DNA from: Caecitellus pseudoparvulus
Taxonomy: Eukaryota; Protista; Bigyra: Bicosoecida
Assembly: GCA_965644315.1 (NCBI GenBank)
Contig: CBFFRQ010000093.1
Span: 1 to 64,000 of the forward strand
Direction: 5' to 3'
DNA: 64,000 bases
Below the pieces are notes generated by a model, which saw nothing but the letters and a program-made list of their open reading frames with translations, did not search any database and was not told where the DNA came from. Position 1 is the stretch's first letter. Every line of letters begins with the position of its first letter. Below are positions 55,001 through 64,000 of the stretch, one piece after another. Position numbers and translations under genes: made by a program.

Positions 55001-55462
55001 GACGTCTGGCGTTCCCCACGGCTCTGAGGCAGGGGTGGCTGCAGCTGCGGCCGCAACTTCTTCACCAGCCAACTCTACAGTCCCTGCGTCTGCTGACTTC
55101 TTTCGTGGCTTGGTCTTCCTCGAGCGGGGGGAAAGCCCGCCTTCTTCAACAACATCGACGCCGATGACTTGACTCGCAATTTGCCTCATCTTTGTCACTG
55201 CAGCCTCCGCCAGACTGCGAGGCACATCCTCCGCACCTTCAGCTTCAGCTTCCAGCTCTGCTCTGGGGATGTGTCGAAAACGACAAGAGCCGTCTGCATA
55301 CTTACAATGTATCAGGGCTTGACATAGACGACTACTCAGGCCCCACAGTCCAAATGTTCGAAAGCTGTCGTCAGCCCGAGCAAAAGGCAAGACAGTCGCA
55401 ACATGAAATCGCGCAGGTTCGATTTCCGCACCTGCACCAGGCACTGCTTCTGCACTCGCCAT
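49046..55462 (-). CDS. Large SPAG17/PF6-like flagellar central-pair projection protein (5' end uncertain)
   Basis: 2139-codon ORF. The C-terminal half has GTVVAIHADGTHIVT, GFATVEYD, DAEANVFSVDHRG and PPLLFLLGEDGSAAELL, which resemble SPAG17/PF6. Confidence 0.6.
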   Translation of the reverse strand: MASAEAVPGAGAEIEPARFHVATVLPFARADDSFRTFGLWGLSSRLCQALIHCKYADGSCRFRHIPRAELEAEAEGAEDVPRSLAEAAVTKMRQIASQVIGVDVVEEGGLSPRSRKTKPRKKSADAGTVELAGEEVAAAAAATPASEPWGTPDVFIVMDNFPASEGERVALSEAAGAAAWPAGQQVTTAEHPVHSVHLLACPGTPQTGSAMSLTEAASPRSGRKGKKLPKGDPTLVVAALEEKLASLQSASLLEPAAWQGHLPPGDARCSVLPAEAGAVESLSDVEAKTAVATVRGVLPQLLSSLYGIEAHERLFNSWKADVQVQEMFVPPSTDPEAAALQQRYEACWDQARPGQETSAGVLAALLEAVCAGPSSKGRATPRSQGPSSSPHSRGLLPPPPPEAPDDRVDLARLSSDDAPWCAMASGWMTSEDADGSGSSRSLLGDISGAVQPVDSIVSGFDERASADAWHALQGATLADTGAAVPDTQRVFRSFLAAVVPNQEVSATQLTSAFEDSAKLGEREAGVFGRAQLPATAIVREALARFDILRAAEELISTVDAAWLAVELGAASTPFEPPSDAEEKAESIALEAPAPDSPDLLALSPGSDVADSDTAAGTALHSRLSSSSPSSSPGGSQTEAAQASLAAQPDVAAQVQQPLNPTFPISLRPSAFQAEGRLSPAQQKLLHHWSFADRRYKVVMSGSEVSQRVLEAMRAVPGACLVREQLSPHGLQLLAVHAPTPRARRQEVTVDVKSCLAGAAVLPSFAEWKRDVLPDLSLPEQHTASLVEAARAALAGGSGDGSARSGKESPRSPRGAKKGSGQKGRGKASDQAPQPLKPPQRPQSPQADAIPRCHLSSAVSLSVQELDELVASRAVVRPRKAQEGDSEAEAGARQASQALCGVAGCNVVQLYPADQSVISVSSHGGVYSNTRPDAKAWGVLGRSVQVSLSDGGLILMQPEVTAPRQRKLRMEKDGTVAMKDFTTGAATMTLTAPTIAAAASGQVNGCRAVHLSCRAAGLSPAWYTTSRGQQRLWAWQQKQGISGDPSVLTVPQIDEAAASIKTLKPDGKCTVHASFAMNSLQVHVSSSGEVGQENTSPSNAWPSWLRETSRGHSHSSGSVVRHLQGPVGGLQHHLYGNGSTAWWIPDGESASQGLWLLTSETGQRTAKWVGYTLGALPAEAAVRGSNDTVRVNIDGRWALLEEGHSLDSLVEVVRQLPPCSVHSSVDAESGALVSMRFEAPPCSDPEAVQAVIAEQTSSSKLASQPTPVFKKARDVLLLSELQAGLQREHEAEAVDVDGGVWSGAAADAASVLPGILREEPNLATPLPGAKHALQLWHHPHVSEARRGSDAFPPADEVDFSDPHVFGSTGKWDPVGQLGRTVVIKYPTGTVVAIHADGTHIVTEAVGGEHSAHAPGPAATTKGLAGTSRTLVTCPGFATVEYDRSCHDQFTAHAAGDDVALVAVGTQTRAVVTLPDETVVAVDYDCSVTALTNGFLRVHFRDGRLLTAADGGMVAYRGVHTDRTDAVVGQGVGAVHADSDDDDADVAALQAPVGGSAKQQPDQAVAAQATDPLAALVASAPRDDESESDHDVGVFEFDLSRATLQMRDAEANVFSVDHRGKCTALLAGDIFVPASADGSSSESIIHADLVSPRPPLLFLLGEDGSAAELLSQEAWKALTLHTKHTHDVEAHFVHGMAGTAPHDGLAGLPSGSNEGKRQTASAPHARDTATVEPAHPSRGNPSALPPPAVASGTSGAIAVPSYTPAVTALPGVRADVPAVLDDREGPESPRGTALLESLTGSHMFTFTRRVLGAGGRQHSTVGLVSVGGRTQLRASCKGWIQPADEFVAGMVRRARPTRHDVFGEAAMPAPAIFDARSDAAALLALKKGMEQESKQTEATDSVMGMSWKQTRGTVCSRSRLVAVIPELVSSPPLPPPPAQCVSAVLAVEVLPPITPDWVRAVQQAEAHTDAWREEVVQAKYQFKVIDPRPQGETARELEIARAILRIRALAKARAKKIKKEERRRKRRARLDAGLGVPTPKLASSSGGGIKWDDMAELDEEFPDGVGFELDGSDGGSDGSDVDGTQDGEGSPAAPALAVQEPLVGPDGAALPVGGVPMHSSAQISEAGMSWMRRKLQATFK

Positions 55463-55870
55463 CACAGGGTGCAGGTGGCCAGCAGCAACAAGGGAAGGCT
55501 ACGAGAGAGAACGTCAAACGTGTTTCTGGGCTCGAAAACGAGAGTCTGATCTCTCGAAAGGTTGGCTCAGGCGACAGTCGAGCCAACGTGACAGCAAGAA
55601 GTAGCAACTGAAGTGCTCTGCAGTGAGGAGTGGTGCTGGGAACTGGGTGGCGCTGGGGAGATATGCTCGCACCTGGAAATCCCGGTTGAGCTTTTACGGT
55701 CGGGCGAAGGTTTGGTCCAATCGGCGAATTGGCTGCCAGCGACACTTCGTGTCCACGTGGGATGGTCGGAAAGGTGAAAGAGGGTGCATTTGGGCAACTA
55801 GCAAGTACATAGAGGATAACAACGAGTGGTGGGACAGCAGAGTAGTCATGCAGTGAATCATGAACTTCTT

Positions 55871-58225
55871 CTATCTTTGCGCACGCTGAGACGTCGCAGA
55901 TGGCGACACTGCTGCCTGCTTCTGATGCCCACGGCAGCACAAACAACACACTGCCATTGCCACAAGCACTACAATGAGCGCCAGGCCAGCATACACCCAT
56001 GGCGCATCAAGGCCGGTGCCCCATAGCCCTGAACTGGAGCTGCCATCGTCTGGAGGTGGTGGTGGTGCCGGGCTTGAGCTCGGGGAGGGCAGCACAACTG
56101 GCGCCTGGTCTCGCACAAGCTTGCAGAAGATGGCGGGATCCAGGCATGTGAACTCCCCCGAGAAGACAGACGGCTTGGGGTTGATGCTGGTGCTGCCGTT
56201 CACACACGCGGCGTAGTGCACGTCAGTCGTGTCGGGGTCGGCGGCACCGAGCAGCAGCCATGGAGCGGTGGGGGAAGGAGGCGGCAAGCCATCCGTGCCT
56301 GCGATCACGGACAGCTCAGATGGGGACAGGGGCGCCTCCAAACAAAATGTATCAAAGCAACCCGACCCAGTTGACGTTAAGCTGGCTTGCCCTCGTTGAA
56401 GTAAGGTGCTGACGGCACATCTGCTGTCGTCGGAGTACAACCGCCCGAACTTGCGGGAGTCGGCCGAGTTCTGAGACGTGTCAGAGCACAGGCGGTTGGA
56501 AAAGCCCTTGATGTAAGGGCAGAAGTCCGTCTGAATGGGGCTGACACTGCCCACAGTCACGTCCGTGAAGTACGAGAACTCCGCCGGGATGGAGTTGCCG
56601 TCTGTGGCAGAGCAAGCTCCCACAGCCCGGTGGTCCACAGTGCACGCCTGGTGCGAGTTGGCGTCCGTGTAGCGAGTGCAGAAGTGGTCACGTCCCTGAA
56701 CTGTGGCAACGTTCACCGGCGCAGACTTGGGCGCCTGCAAGCACTGCTCCGTGGCAAAGGCACAGCCTTGCTGGAAACCCCACTCAGCCGACAGCGCATC
56801 TGCCGACGAGTAGTTGGCGATGTACCAGCCGCTGTCTTGCATGATGCCCATCTCCACAGGGGTGATGACAGAGTGGTGTGACGTCACTGGTGCCATGAAG
56901 TTCTGCATGAACACTCGCTGCTCCAAGTGACTACCCACCACAGCACAGGCACTGGATGTGCGCTGGTTCTCCAGCTCCACGCCTGGCAAGGAAGGGCAGT
57001 TGAAGAACTCCCGCCCCTTGGCCACAGCCTCACTCGTCACCATGCGTGTGACGCAGTTCCCATTCTGCAGCTTGTCGGCATCATCAGTGCACTCCGAGAT
57101 GCCGCGCTCAGAAAAGTACGCCACGGTGCCGCTCTCTGCTGTCTGCACCGTCACGATCTGCTTGCCAGGCGGCGGGCTGCTGGCTGACGTGGGAGTGCAC
57201 ACACCTGAGCTCAGGTCCTGCTCAGCACGCAGGCGGTATGCGGCGCTGACAGTGTGGGGCTGCACGGAGTCACGTGGCGTGCGGGGAGACCCGCCAGCGC
57301 CAGCGTCCCTGAACAACGGCCAAGCCCCCGATGAAAAGCCAATGGCGTGGTGCAGCTCGTGGATGGCCGTGTACACCTGGCCACGCAGTGTGGCTGGGTC
57401 GGTGTCGATGCGGTCGGGGCAGAAGTTCACCACGCCAACTGTGGGCCGATCAGTGTCCTCGTCACGCTGGCAGGTGCCAGCATATGCCAACGTCGACCCC
57501 CCTGCACAGCTGGTGGTGTCTTCAGCCCTGACGAAGATGTGAAAGTCAGAGTTCGCGCGCCCTGGCGTCGCAGTGGGCGGCGGCAGAGTGTTGGTGCTCA
57601 CACCACACCCCTCCACCTGCTCGCCGTAGTACTTGTCCGGGATGTCCACAGGGGCGCTGCCGTCCCCCAGCGAGCACTGCGCCGGCCGAGTGTAGTCGCT
57701 GCACTTGCCACGGCGTGGGTCAGCTGCCCCGCTGCAGTATGCGTTGCACTTGCGGCTCATGAGCAAGTTGCCTGCCACAGGCTTCACCAGGTACATGCTG
57801 TTCATGCGCTCCACGGCGGCAGGCATGATGGTGTCCACGAGGAGGGTCTTGCGGGCGGGTGTGAGGTCACCGCCAGTGTTCATGTCGTACTCTTCCCACG
57901 TGATGCGCATGGGGCAGTACTCATTGCCACAGTGTGTGCTGGCCAGGGCTCGCCCTCCCAGCGGGTGCACGATTGGCCCAGCTGCAGGCCCGTGGGAGCC
58001 TTGAGCAGCCAGCTCAGGCGCCGGCATGCGGCTGTGCACTTCATCGTGGATGCAAGTGTGCAACGTCCTGTGGATCCCATTGGACTTATCCGCCTGCAAT
58101 GCTGCCGCCAGGCCTCCTCGGGTGCTGGCGGCTGCAAGACAAGTCGCCGGGAAGCAGCATTGTAGGCCGTCCGCAATCACGATCAGAAGGGGGATGAACA
58201 GCGACCGGTAAGGAACCCGAGCCAT
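55871..58225 (-). CDS. Leishmanolysin/GP63-like M8 metalloprotease, membrane anchored
   Basis: Signal peptide, propeptide CIHD, YAGTCQRD...RPTVGVVNFCP, HELHHAIGF, SHLEQR...FM, DSGWY, DFCPY and a C-terminal TM helix. Confidence 0.92.
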   Translation of the reverse strand: MARVPYRSLFIPLLIVIADGLQCCFPATCLAAASTRGGLAAALQADKSNGIHRTLHTCIHDEVHSRMPAPELAAQGSHGPAAGPIVHPLGGRALASTHCGNEYCPMRITWEEYDMNTGGDLTPARKTLLVDTIMPAAVERMNSMYLVKPVAGNLLMSRKCNAYCSGAADPRRGKCSDYTRPAQCSLGDGSAPVDIPDKYYGEQVEGCGVSTNTLPPPTATPGRANSDFHIFVRAEDTTSCAGGSTLAYAGTCQRDEDTDRPTVGVVNFCPDRIDTDPATLRGQVYTAIHELHHAIGFSSGAWPLFRDAGAGGSPRTPRDSVQPHTVSAAYRLRAEQDLSSGVCTPTSASSPPPGKQIVTVQTAESGTVAYFSERGISECTDDADKLQNGNCVTRMVTSEAVAKGREFFNCPSLPGVELENQRTSSACAVVGSHLEQRVFMQNFMAPVTSHHSVITPVEMGIMQDSGWYIANYSSADALSAEWGFQQGCAFATEQCLQAPKSAPVNVATVQGRDHFCTRYTDANSHQACTVDHRAVGACSATDGNSIPAEFSYFTDVTVGSVSPIQTDFCPYIKGFSNRLCSDTSQNSADSRKFGRLYSDDSRCAVSTLLQRGQASLTSTGSGCFDTFCLEAPLSPSELSVIAGTDGLPPPSPTAPWLLLGAADPDTTDVHYAACVNGSTSINPKPSVFSGEFTCLDPAIFCKLVRDQAPVVLPSPSSSPAPPPPPDDGSSSSGLWGTGLDAPWVYAGLALIVVLVAMAVCCLCCRGHQKQAAVSPSATSQRAQR

Positions 58226-58743
58226 TCTACAAGCCAGTAAAGTTTAAGAATGTGCCTGTTTGGCTGTTGAAGGGTGTTGTGTGCGGTCAAACTGGCTGGG
58301 GTGGGACTCGCTCACGGCCACTGGCGCTGTGGTCGATGCGACCAAAGCGTTGCAAGTCTTACCAGCCAGGCGACGAGGGCGGCCTTTCGCCCAATGTATC
58401 AAGGTGCTACACCACCACATTCAAGTTTTCGGGCTATCGTGATTTGAAGAGATCGGTTCATTGTGAGGTTGTTGGGTGCGGATCTCGTTCAGCTGCTCTG
58501 CGTGACTTGTTGAAACGTTGCCTCAGCCATGCACCGCAGCAGTCAGTAACCAGAACGCAATTTACTCCCACGCAACACATTAACGGAAGTTATCTCCTCT
58601 TCCGTCGCGAGGGACGCGAATCACTGTCTCCCGTCACACTGCTGCGATAGTGTTGGGTGCAGCAACCGACGCAGCTGCGCAGCTACCGCGCTCAAGGGGC
58701 CTTCAGGGCTTCGAAAGACAACGCTTTTCGCAGAAAGCACGCA

Positions 58744-59867
58744 ATGGAGTTTGATCACGTTGGTGCATTCTGTGAACACAAAGGCTGCTCGTCTAAAGGT
58801 ACGTGCCGGCTGGGCGGGTTGGGATGCTGCAGCGGAATTCTATAGGAAACGCTCGTGAAACGCCACCCCGCTTCTCGCTGTTGCGGGTCCTCAAAGCACA
58901 CCCCTGTGGATGCTTTCTCGCAGACTTTCTGCCGTTTCAGTGCAGTGGGTGTGACCGCACGTTTTGCTTGCAGCATCGTCTCCCAGCCGTGCACGCGTGT
59001 CCAGACGCCAGCTCCAGGTCTGTGCTCGTGTGCCCTTTGTGCAAGCGAGGTGTAGAGCTCGTGGCAGGGGAAGATCCCAATGTCACCTTTGCACACCATG
59101 AAGCTTCAGAGTGCAAGAAGAACTTGAGAATCAAGGCAGCTCGTAACAAGCGGGTCTGTGGAGCGCCGGGTTGCTCCTCCCGCCTCACGACGATGAATGT
59201 TTGCCACTGCAGCAAGTGTGGCGGGGACTATTGCATGACACATAGATTTTATGACGACCACATGTGCAGTGGTACGCCTGGAGCAGCTCGGCGGAAGCCG
59301 TCTGGGTCTGCGAGCGCTTCGGGCAAGAGGGCGGCTGCGGAGCATGGCCCGCGGTCGATCGCAGGGGCAGCATTCCTGGACGGCCTTGCGAAGCGCTCCA
59401 CGCAAGGGAAGGGAACGGCGTCATCGACCAGTGTATCTAAGTCGGGGGTGGGCGGCTCAGGGCGTGCTGGGCTGGCGAAGAAACCCGTGACACGCAGTAG
59501 GCAGGATGCAGCAGCAGAGCTGCGTGCCACAGCTGCCCGAAGGCGCAGGGGCGGAGAGGCACCTCAGTCAACCCCTTCAAGTAGTGACGGGAGGCGAAGG
59601 GCTCCTGGTCGAGAGGTTTGCCCTCAGTGTGGCGCGCGCTTCCACGAGGTTGAGGATCTTGTGGCTCATGTACAGGGCGCGCACCAAGATGCAGCGCCGC
59701 GCGAAGCGTCTGCTCCAAGCGCTGCTCGAGAGGACCCAGCCAGACGGCTGGGATCGGCGGTTTGCCAGCATTGCTCCACCCTGCACGCTAACCAGGAGGC
59801 ACTCGAGGAGCACTTGAGGAGGAATCACGGCACTCTCGGTCATCAAGAGGGCTGTATCCTCTCATGA
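58744..59867 (+). CDS. AN1-type zinc finger protein (AN1-AN1-C2H2-C2H2, ZFAND2/AIRAP-like); intron 58799-58923
   Basis: MEFDHVGAFCEHKGCSSK|DFLPFQCSGCDRTFCLQHR, a second AN1 finger, two C2H2 fingers and C-terminal CILS. Confidence 0.88.
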
Positions 59868-60290
59868 ATCGGGTGAGGCTTCTGCATATAGGCTCAATGC
59901 CCCGCTAGTGCTTTTGCATGTGCCCGCCAATGCATGCCTGGTGTCAGGTGTTCAAGCAGGGCGCTCAAGATGCGGCGAGAGAGCCTCAGGCTTGAGAGTC
60001 CTTCCGCAAAACCGGACAAATGTTCCCGCAAGCCCCCCGATCTGTTGGGGCCCTTCTCCGTCACAGCTCGCTGACCCTGGATAAAATGAACCGGCCACTC
60101 ACATGGTTCAACTTCCAAACTTAGCTTAATCCAGGCCCACTAGGCCTGCGCGCCTTGCCTCGTGAGCCTGTGGTGTGATTGCGTCCGGTGCCTGCACCAC
60201 CGTTTCTCCCCATCCGTGAGCGGCGCCAGCGCTTTTGCCCCGTTTTTACCCAACTCATTCACTTGGACGGCCCCCATATCCATCAGGGCC

Positions 60291-63200
60291 ATGAAGAGTA
60301 CACAATCGTTAGCCAACGCCCTTCTGGTGGCGTCTTTGTGCGCCTGTGGCGTGGCGCTGCAGCTGCAGTGTGGCCAGGAGGCAGAGTGCTCGGCGACGTT
60401 GCCAGCCGCCATCGGGAGCGCACCCGGCACCCCACTCGTTGCTGAGCCTCCTCAGCACGGAACCGCTATCATCCGATCGGACCAGGTGATTTATGAACCT
60501 AGTTTAGGTTGGGCGGGTTCTGATTCCTTCCAGCTCACCTCGGAGGATGCCAGTGTGGTCGAGGATGTGTCCGTGGAGGTCAACCCGTCCACTGCGTCAC
60601 CTACCCTATCTTGCCCCACGATGGTGGACCCCCCCAGCCCGGATGCATCTGGTTCTTGCTTCACTGCTAGCATCAGTGGCCTGCCAAGTGCCACATTCCA
60701 GAGCGTGGAGGTCCTGGCGTCTCCCTACCGCACCAACGCCACTCTGGCCTCGGGGGGCCGCGCCTTCGTGTGTGCTGCGCCATCAACCCCCCCCCTTCCA
60801 GCGCCGGGAGGGGTTATTCGCCTGCAAGCCACGATTGTAGGGAGTGGCTCTGTCATCGAGTGCAAAGTCCGGGTGCGGCAGCAGGAGGCAGCCGGGCTAC
60901 GGCAAGATCCACAACTTCTCGCCTCCCTTCCTGACACTTGGGTCGTCTCAGGCATGCTCCCCTCCCAGCGCATGCTGGCATCAACCCCCTCATGTGAGAC
61001 TTGCACTTCTGTCACGTTCTCTGTGTTCACCCCGCCTTCTCATCCGATGGGCGCCCGGGTGCTGTCCGACAAGATTCTGGAGGTGTACCCTCGAGCGGCC
61101 AACGTTTGTCAGGTTGCGAGCCAGCCGCTTTGGGTGACTGCCCGACTTGGCTCCCGCGTCTCCACACAAAGGCTGACGCTCTCTACCCTCCCCATGCTTC
61201 CCTCTGAAGTAGCTGCCTCAAAGCTGTTGCGAGGCGTGCTCGCAGTTGACTCACAGCATGTCAGCCGCAACACGTTCGCCCCGCGGGCTGGGTTTGAACA
61301 CACAGTGACGTCAATTTTGGAAAAAGATGGCCATGCCTTCGTAGCTGCTGCTGAGTCTGGCCCAGGGCGGCTTGCTGTGATCGGGAATGGAGGGCTGCAC
61401 CCCGATGCTCTGGAGCGTGAGCCCGCCTCAGGAGGCATGGCAACTGCCGTCTTCAACCTCTTTTCCTGGCTGACAGAGGTGGGGCCACACCTCTCAGTGG
61501 GAAGCCATGCCATGGTCGGGGGCAAGTTGCCTATTCTAGACATAAGCGGGGCGTTCCAGGTCGATGGCGGCTTCGTCCGGGACGCTGACAATCTCCTCAT
61601 GCGCCCCTTCATTCACGATTCTTTCGGCGTGAAGGTGACGTCACATGACCACATCACTGACCAAGTGACTGGCATCCCGTACACAAGCTTCACTCCCGCT
61701 CGATGGGGCCTGGTGACCATTCGGTCTGACCGCATGTCAGAGCACCAGCGTGCTGCGCTGCAAGGGTTCATGCAGGCTGGAGGCGCTGTGCTCATCAGAG
61801 GCGTGGCCTCCTGGACACCTGCCGCCACACAACTGGCTTCTGATGCTGGCATTTCCCGCTCCCTTGCCTGGGTGCGGCACACCGAAGTGCCCATCCCGCC
61901 ACCTTCCCTTGTGACTGCACGAGCTTGCTCGGACAACGGATCTGCCTGGTATGCCGACCTCTCGTCTCCCCTTCTTGACCCTAGCCCCCTAAAGCTGCAC
62001 TCTTCTCGTCGCCACATTATGGCATTCAGCCCTCCAGAGCGCAAGGTGGTTGGCTTGCTCACCATGTCGCGGGCACTGGGCACCGTGCCCTCTGGCACAT
62101 TCTTCATCACGCGCCCCCCTCGACATGGAAGCATTGAGCTGAATGCCACAACTGGCCAGTACGCCTATTCACCCGCCTTTGGAGCTGATGGCCATGCACT
62201 GCCATCTGCTTTCTCATGGTCTTTCATGCACGCGCAGCGGAGCTACGAGCCTGCCACGGTGTGGTTCACTGGCCAGCACCCCATCTTGGACAATTCTCGC
62301 CGCATTTGGACCCAAGTTCCGTACATTCCGCTGCAGAGCACCCCAAGGACGCCGTCCCCACCGACAGGTGACGCACAGATCGCCAGAGTCCTGTTCGGAC
62401 AGACTCATGTTCAGGAGACTTCGGCGCCTCTCCTTCGACTCGTCGGCAACCGCACCATGCTGGTCGTGGTTGATGTCACATCAGCCACAGGAACAGCCCC
62501 CCCAGACGTGCTAGTCAGCGTGGCGTGTCCCGGGCAGGCATGGGGCCCCGTCGCAGCCAGACCTCCTGCCACTCTCCCCGTGTCCGTGAACCCTTACGAA
62601 CATGACGAGAACACGACATACATGGTGACAGTTCCGGGGCACATGGTGCAGCCAGGCATTGAGGTGACTGTGCAGCTGGGCACAGATGGCAGCTCTGTCA
62701 CACAGGTTCACAACGCAACGGTGCTCGGCGGCTGGAACGCACGGTACCTGCATGCTCACGCGAAGCTGTGGGGTGGCAGCTTTGGGCGGCAGATTGAGCT
62801 GGAGTCAGGGCATGAGTACTTGGACAAGACGCCCGCTGCGTCTGCAGACTTTGTGCAGTTCGATGACTGGGAGTGGGACTTCACGGTGTTTCCAGAGGGC
62901 AAATGGCTGGAATGCGGCACGTCGCCCACACCAGTCCTGAACGCCACCGTTGCTTGCAATTTTGGGACGGGAGGCTACTCCACTTTCGGCACAGTCTTGT
63001 CCATGATTGGACAAGTCCGCCACGCGACGGGCTTGCACTATGCAGGGCAGACCTGGATCGGTACTGTCCCCCCCATTGGTGGCGGACTGGGAGGAGGTCG
63101 TTCCGCCTCGGGTGACGTGTCATATGGCGTGTACTTTCACGAGCTTGGCCATGGTTGGGGTCTACCCCATTCTGACAGCGATCCAAACTGGCCTTGGGAT

Positions 63201-64000
63201 GAAATTTGTGGGACAGGGTGCGTCGGGAATGCCAGTGGGTGGCATGGGGGGCGCCAGCACTTCATTTCCCCGATGAGCGATGCTGCACAGCTGGAGTACA
63301 AGACTGATCCCATGTGGGGGGGTGGTAGGTATGCCGGCCCCAACGAGTTTTTTTCCATGCACGCTGACTGGAACAATTTCCGTATTCAGAACTCCATGAT
63401 CAGCACCGGCACAAAGCTCATCGACGGCAAGTGGTGTGAGTGGGACGCTGACGCGTCCAGTTGGGTGCAGAGCAGCAGGCATGTTGGCCGCAACTTGGCT
63501 GTGGCCACCAACGTGTCCTCCATGATATTTGTTGGATTCCTGTCCTCGTCAGATCTCGCAACGTACGTGCATGGGCAGCCGGTCGCGGTGAGCACTTCTG
63601 TGAAGGCAGGTTGGGATCCAACCAACCCTCACCCGGACGCACCCTCCGGGGACTACACGCTGCGCGTTTCTTGGGAGTTGGAAGACGGCAGTCTACTTGT
63701 CGAGCACCGCCTTATCGAGAAGTCCCGCTCTGATGCGACGGAAAAGTTTGCCATTGCCATGGAGGCGCACGGTGTTGCAGCAAAGGCCGAACTGTTGCTT
63801 TCTCCCTCAGCCATGTCCCTTGGCCTTCCCACCAGACCAAGGGTGCTGCACTCCTGGACCAATCCTGCAGCGCTCACACAATGCGGCGTGCTTGGCGATA
63901 ACCCGTCATTTGCTGAAGTCACGTCGAGCATGTGGTTTCCTTCATCCCTCGCGGACGGCGCGGAGGTTAGCTGGGCCTCTTCCCATCCAGCAGTGATTTC
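60291..64000 (+). CDS. Secreted multidomain M66-like (StcE/TagA/dictomallein) zinc metalloprotease with bacterial Ig-like modules; 3' partial
   Basis: The frame appears open from ATG 60291 to the window end, which explains its absence from the ORF track. Signal peptide, FGQTHV...LRLVGNRTML, HELGHGWGLPH at 63138-63170 and KTDPMWGG. Confidence 0.85.
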   Translation, partial: MKSTQSLANALLVASLCACGVALQLQCGQEAECSATLPAAIGSAPGTPLVAEPPQHGTAIIRSDQVIYEPSLGWAGSDSFQLTSEDASVVEDVSVEVNPSTASPTLSCPTMVDPPSPDASGSCFTASISGLPSATFQSVEVLASPYRTNATLASGGRAFVCAAPSTPPLPAPGGVIRLQATIVGSGSVIECKVRVRQQEAAGLRQDPQLLASLPDTWVVSGMLPSQRMLASTPSCETCTSVTFSVFTPPSHPMGARVLSDKILEVYPRAANVCQVASQPLWVTARLGSRVSTQRLTLSTLPMLPSEVAASKLLRGVLAVDSQHVSRNTFAPRAGFEHTVTSILEKDGHAFVAAAESGPGRLAVIGNGGLHPDALEREPASGGMATAVFNLFSWLTEVGPHLSVGSHAMVGGKLPILDISGAFQVDGGFVRDADNLLMRPFIHDSFGVKVTSHDHITDQVTGIPYTSFTPARWGLVTIRSDRMSEHQRAALQGFMQAGGAVLIRGVASWTPAATQLASDAGISRSLAWVRHTEVPIPPPSLVTARACSDNGSAWYADLSSPLLDPSPLKLHSSRRHIMAFSPPERKVVGLLTMSRALGTVPSGTFFITRPPRHGSIELNATTGQYAYSPAFGADGHALPSAFSWSFMHAQRSYEPATVWFTGQHPILDNSRRIWTQVPYIPLQSTPRTPSPPTGDAQIARVLFGQTHVQETSAPLLRLVGNRTMLVVVDVTSATGTAPPDVLVSVACPGQAWGPVAARPPATLPVSVNPYEHDENTTYMVTVPGHMVQPGIEVTVQLGTDGSSVTQVHNATVLGGWNARYLHAHAKLWGGSFGRQIELESGHEYLDKTPAASADFVQFDDWEWDFTVFPEGKWLECGTSPTPVLNATVACNFGTGGYSTFGTVLSMIGQVRHATGLHYAGQTWIGTVPPIGGGLGGGRSASGDVSYGVYFHELGHGWGLPHSDSDPNWPWDEICGTGCVGNASGWHGGRQHFISPMSDAAQLEYKTDPMWGGGRYAGPNEFFSMHADWNNFRIQNSMISTGTKLIDGKWCEWDADASSWVQSSRHVGRNLAVATNVSSMIFVGFLSSSDLATYVHGQPVAVSTSVKAGWDPTNPHPDAPSGDYTLRVSWELEDGSLLVEHRLIEKSRSDATEKFAIAMEAHGVAAKAELLLSPSAMSLGLPTRPRVLHSWTNPAALTQCGVLGDNPSFAEVTSSMWFPSSLADGAEVSWASSHPAVI

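Noticed and set aside
1-64000. rRNA, tRNA, transposase, integrase or viral/virophage genes
   Set aside because: None were recognised by eye. tRNAscan, Infernal and profile searches would be needed to exclude them.

Overview
This is gene-dense, GC-rich nuclear DNA from a eukaryote, with short GT-AG introns of about 60-180 nt. It is probably a flagellated protist, inferred from the SPAG17/PF6-like central-pair gene. Most of 10-64 kb is housekeeping genes: adenosine deaminase, an EF-hand protein, a REB1/TTF1/DMTF1-type Myb protein, CCDC93, ZNHIT3, POLE2, ABCB/MDR, a prokaryotic-type malic enzyme, calreticulin, DnaJ-thioredoxin, an MFS transporter, a Sel1-repeat protein, cytochrome b5, a coiled-coil protein, TAF6, SPAG17-like, leishmanolysin, an AN1 zinc finger and an M66-type metalloprotease that runs off the end. 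The notable part is 1-10 kb plus 16.8-20.2 kb. It holds a gene family I do not recognise, built from ~145-aa helical repeats with one repeat per exon and only phase-0 introns. Two near-identical repeat-only paralogues (A1, A2) differ in tight clusters of amino-acid changes. A third member (B) fuses the same repeats to a degenerate P-loop NTPase and a PD-(D/E)xK-like nuclease region, resembling Crinkler/RHS-type (CR) conflict proteins. A1 and B face each other and share a ~350-bp, ~95%-identical inverted tract at the homologous position, so an inversion would swap their C-termini in frame. Next to B is a scrambled relic made of POLE2 and NAT10 fragments. All calls come from reading the sequence by eye; no database searches were run.
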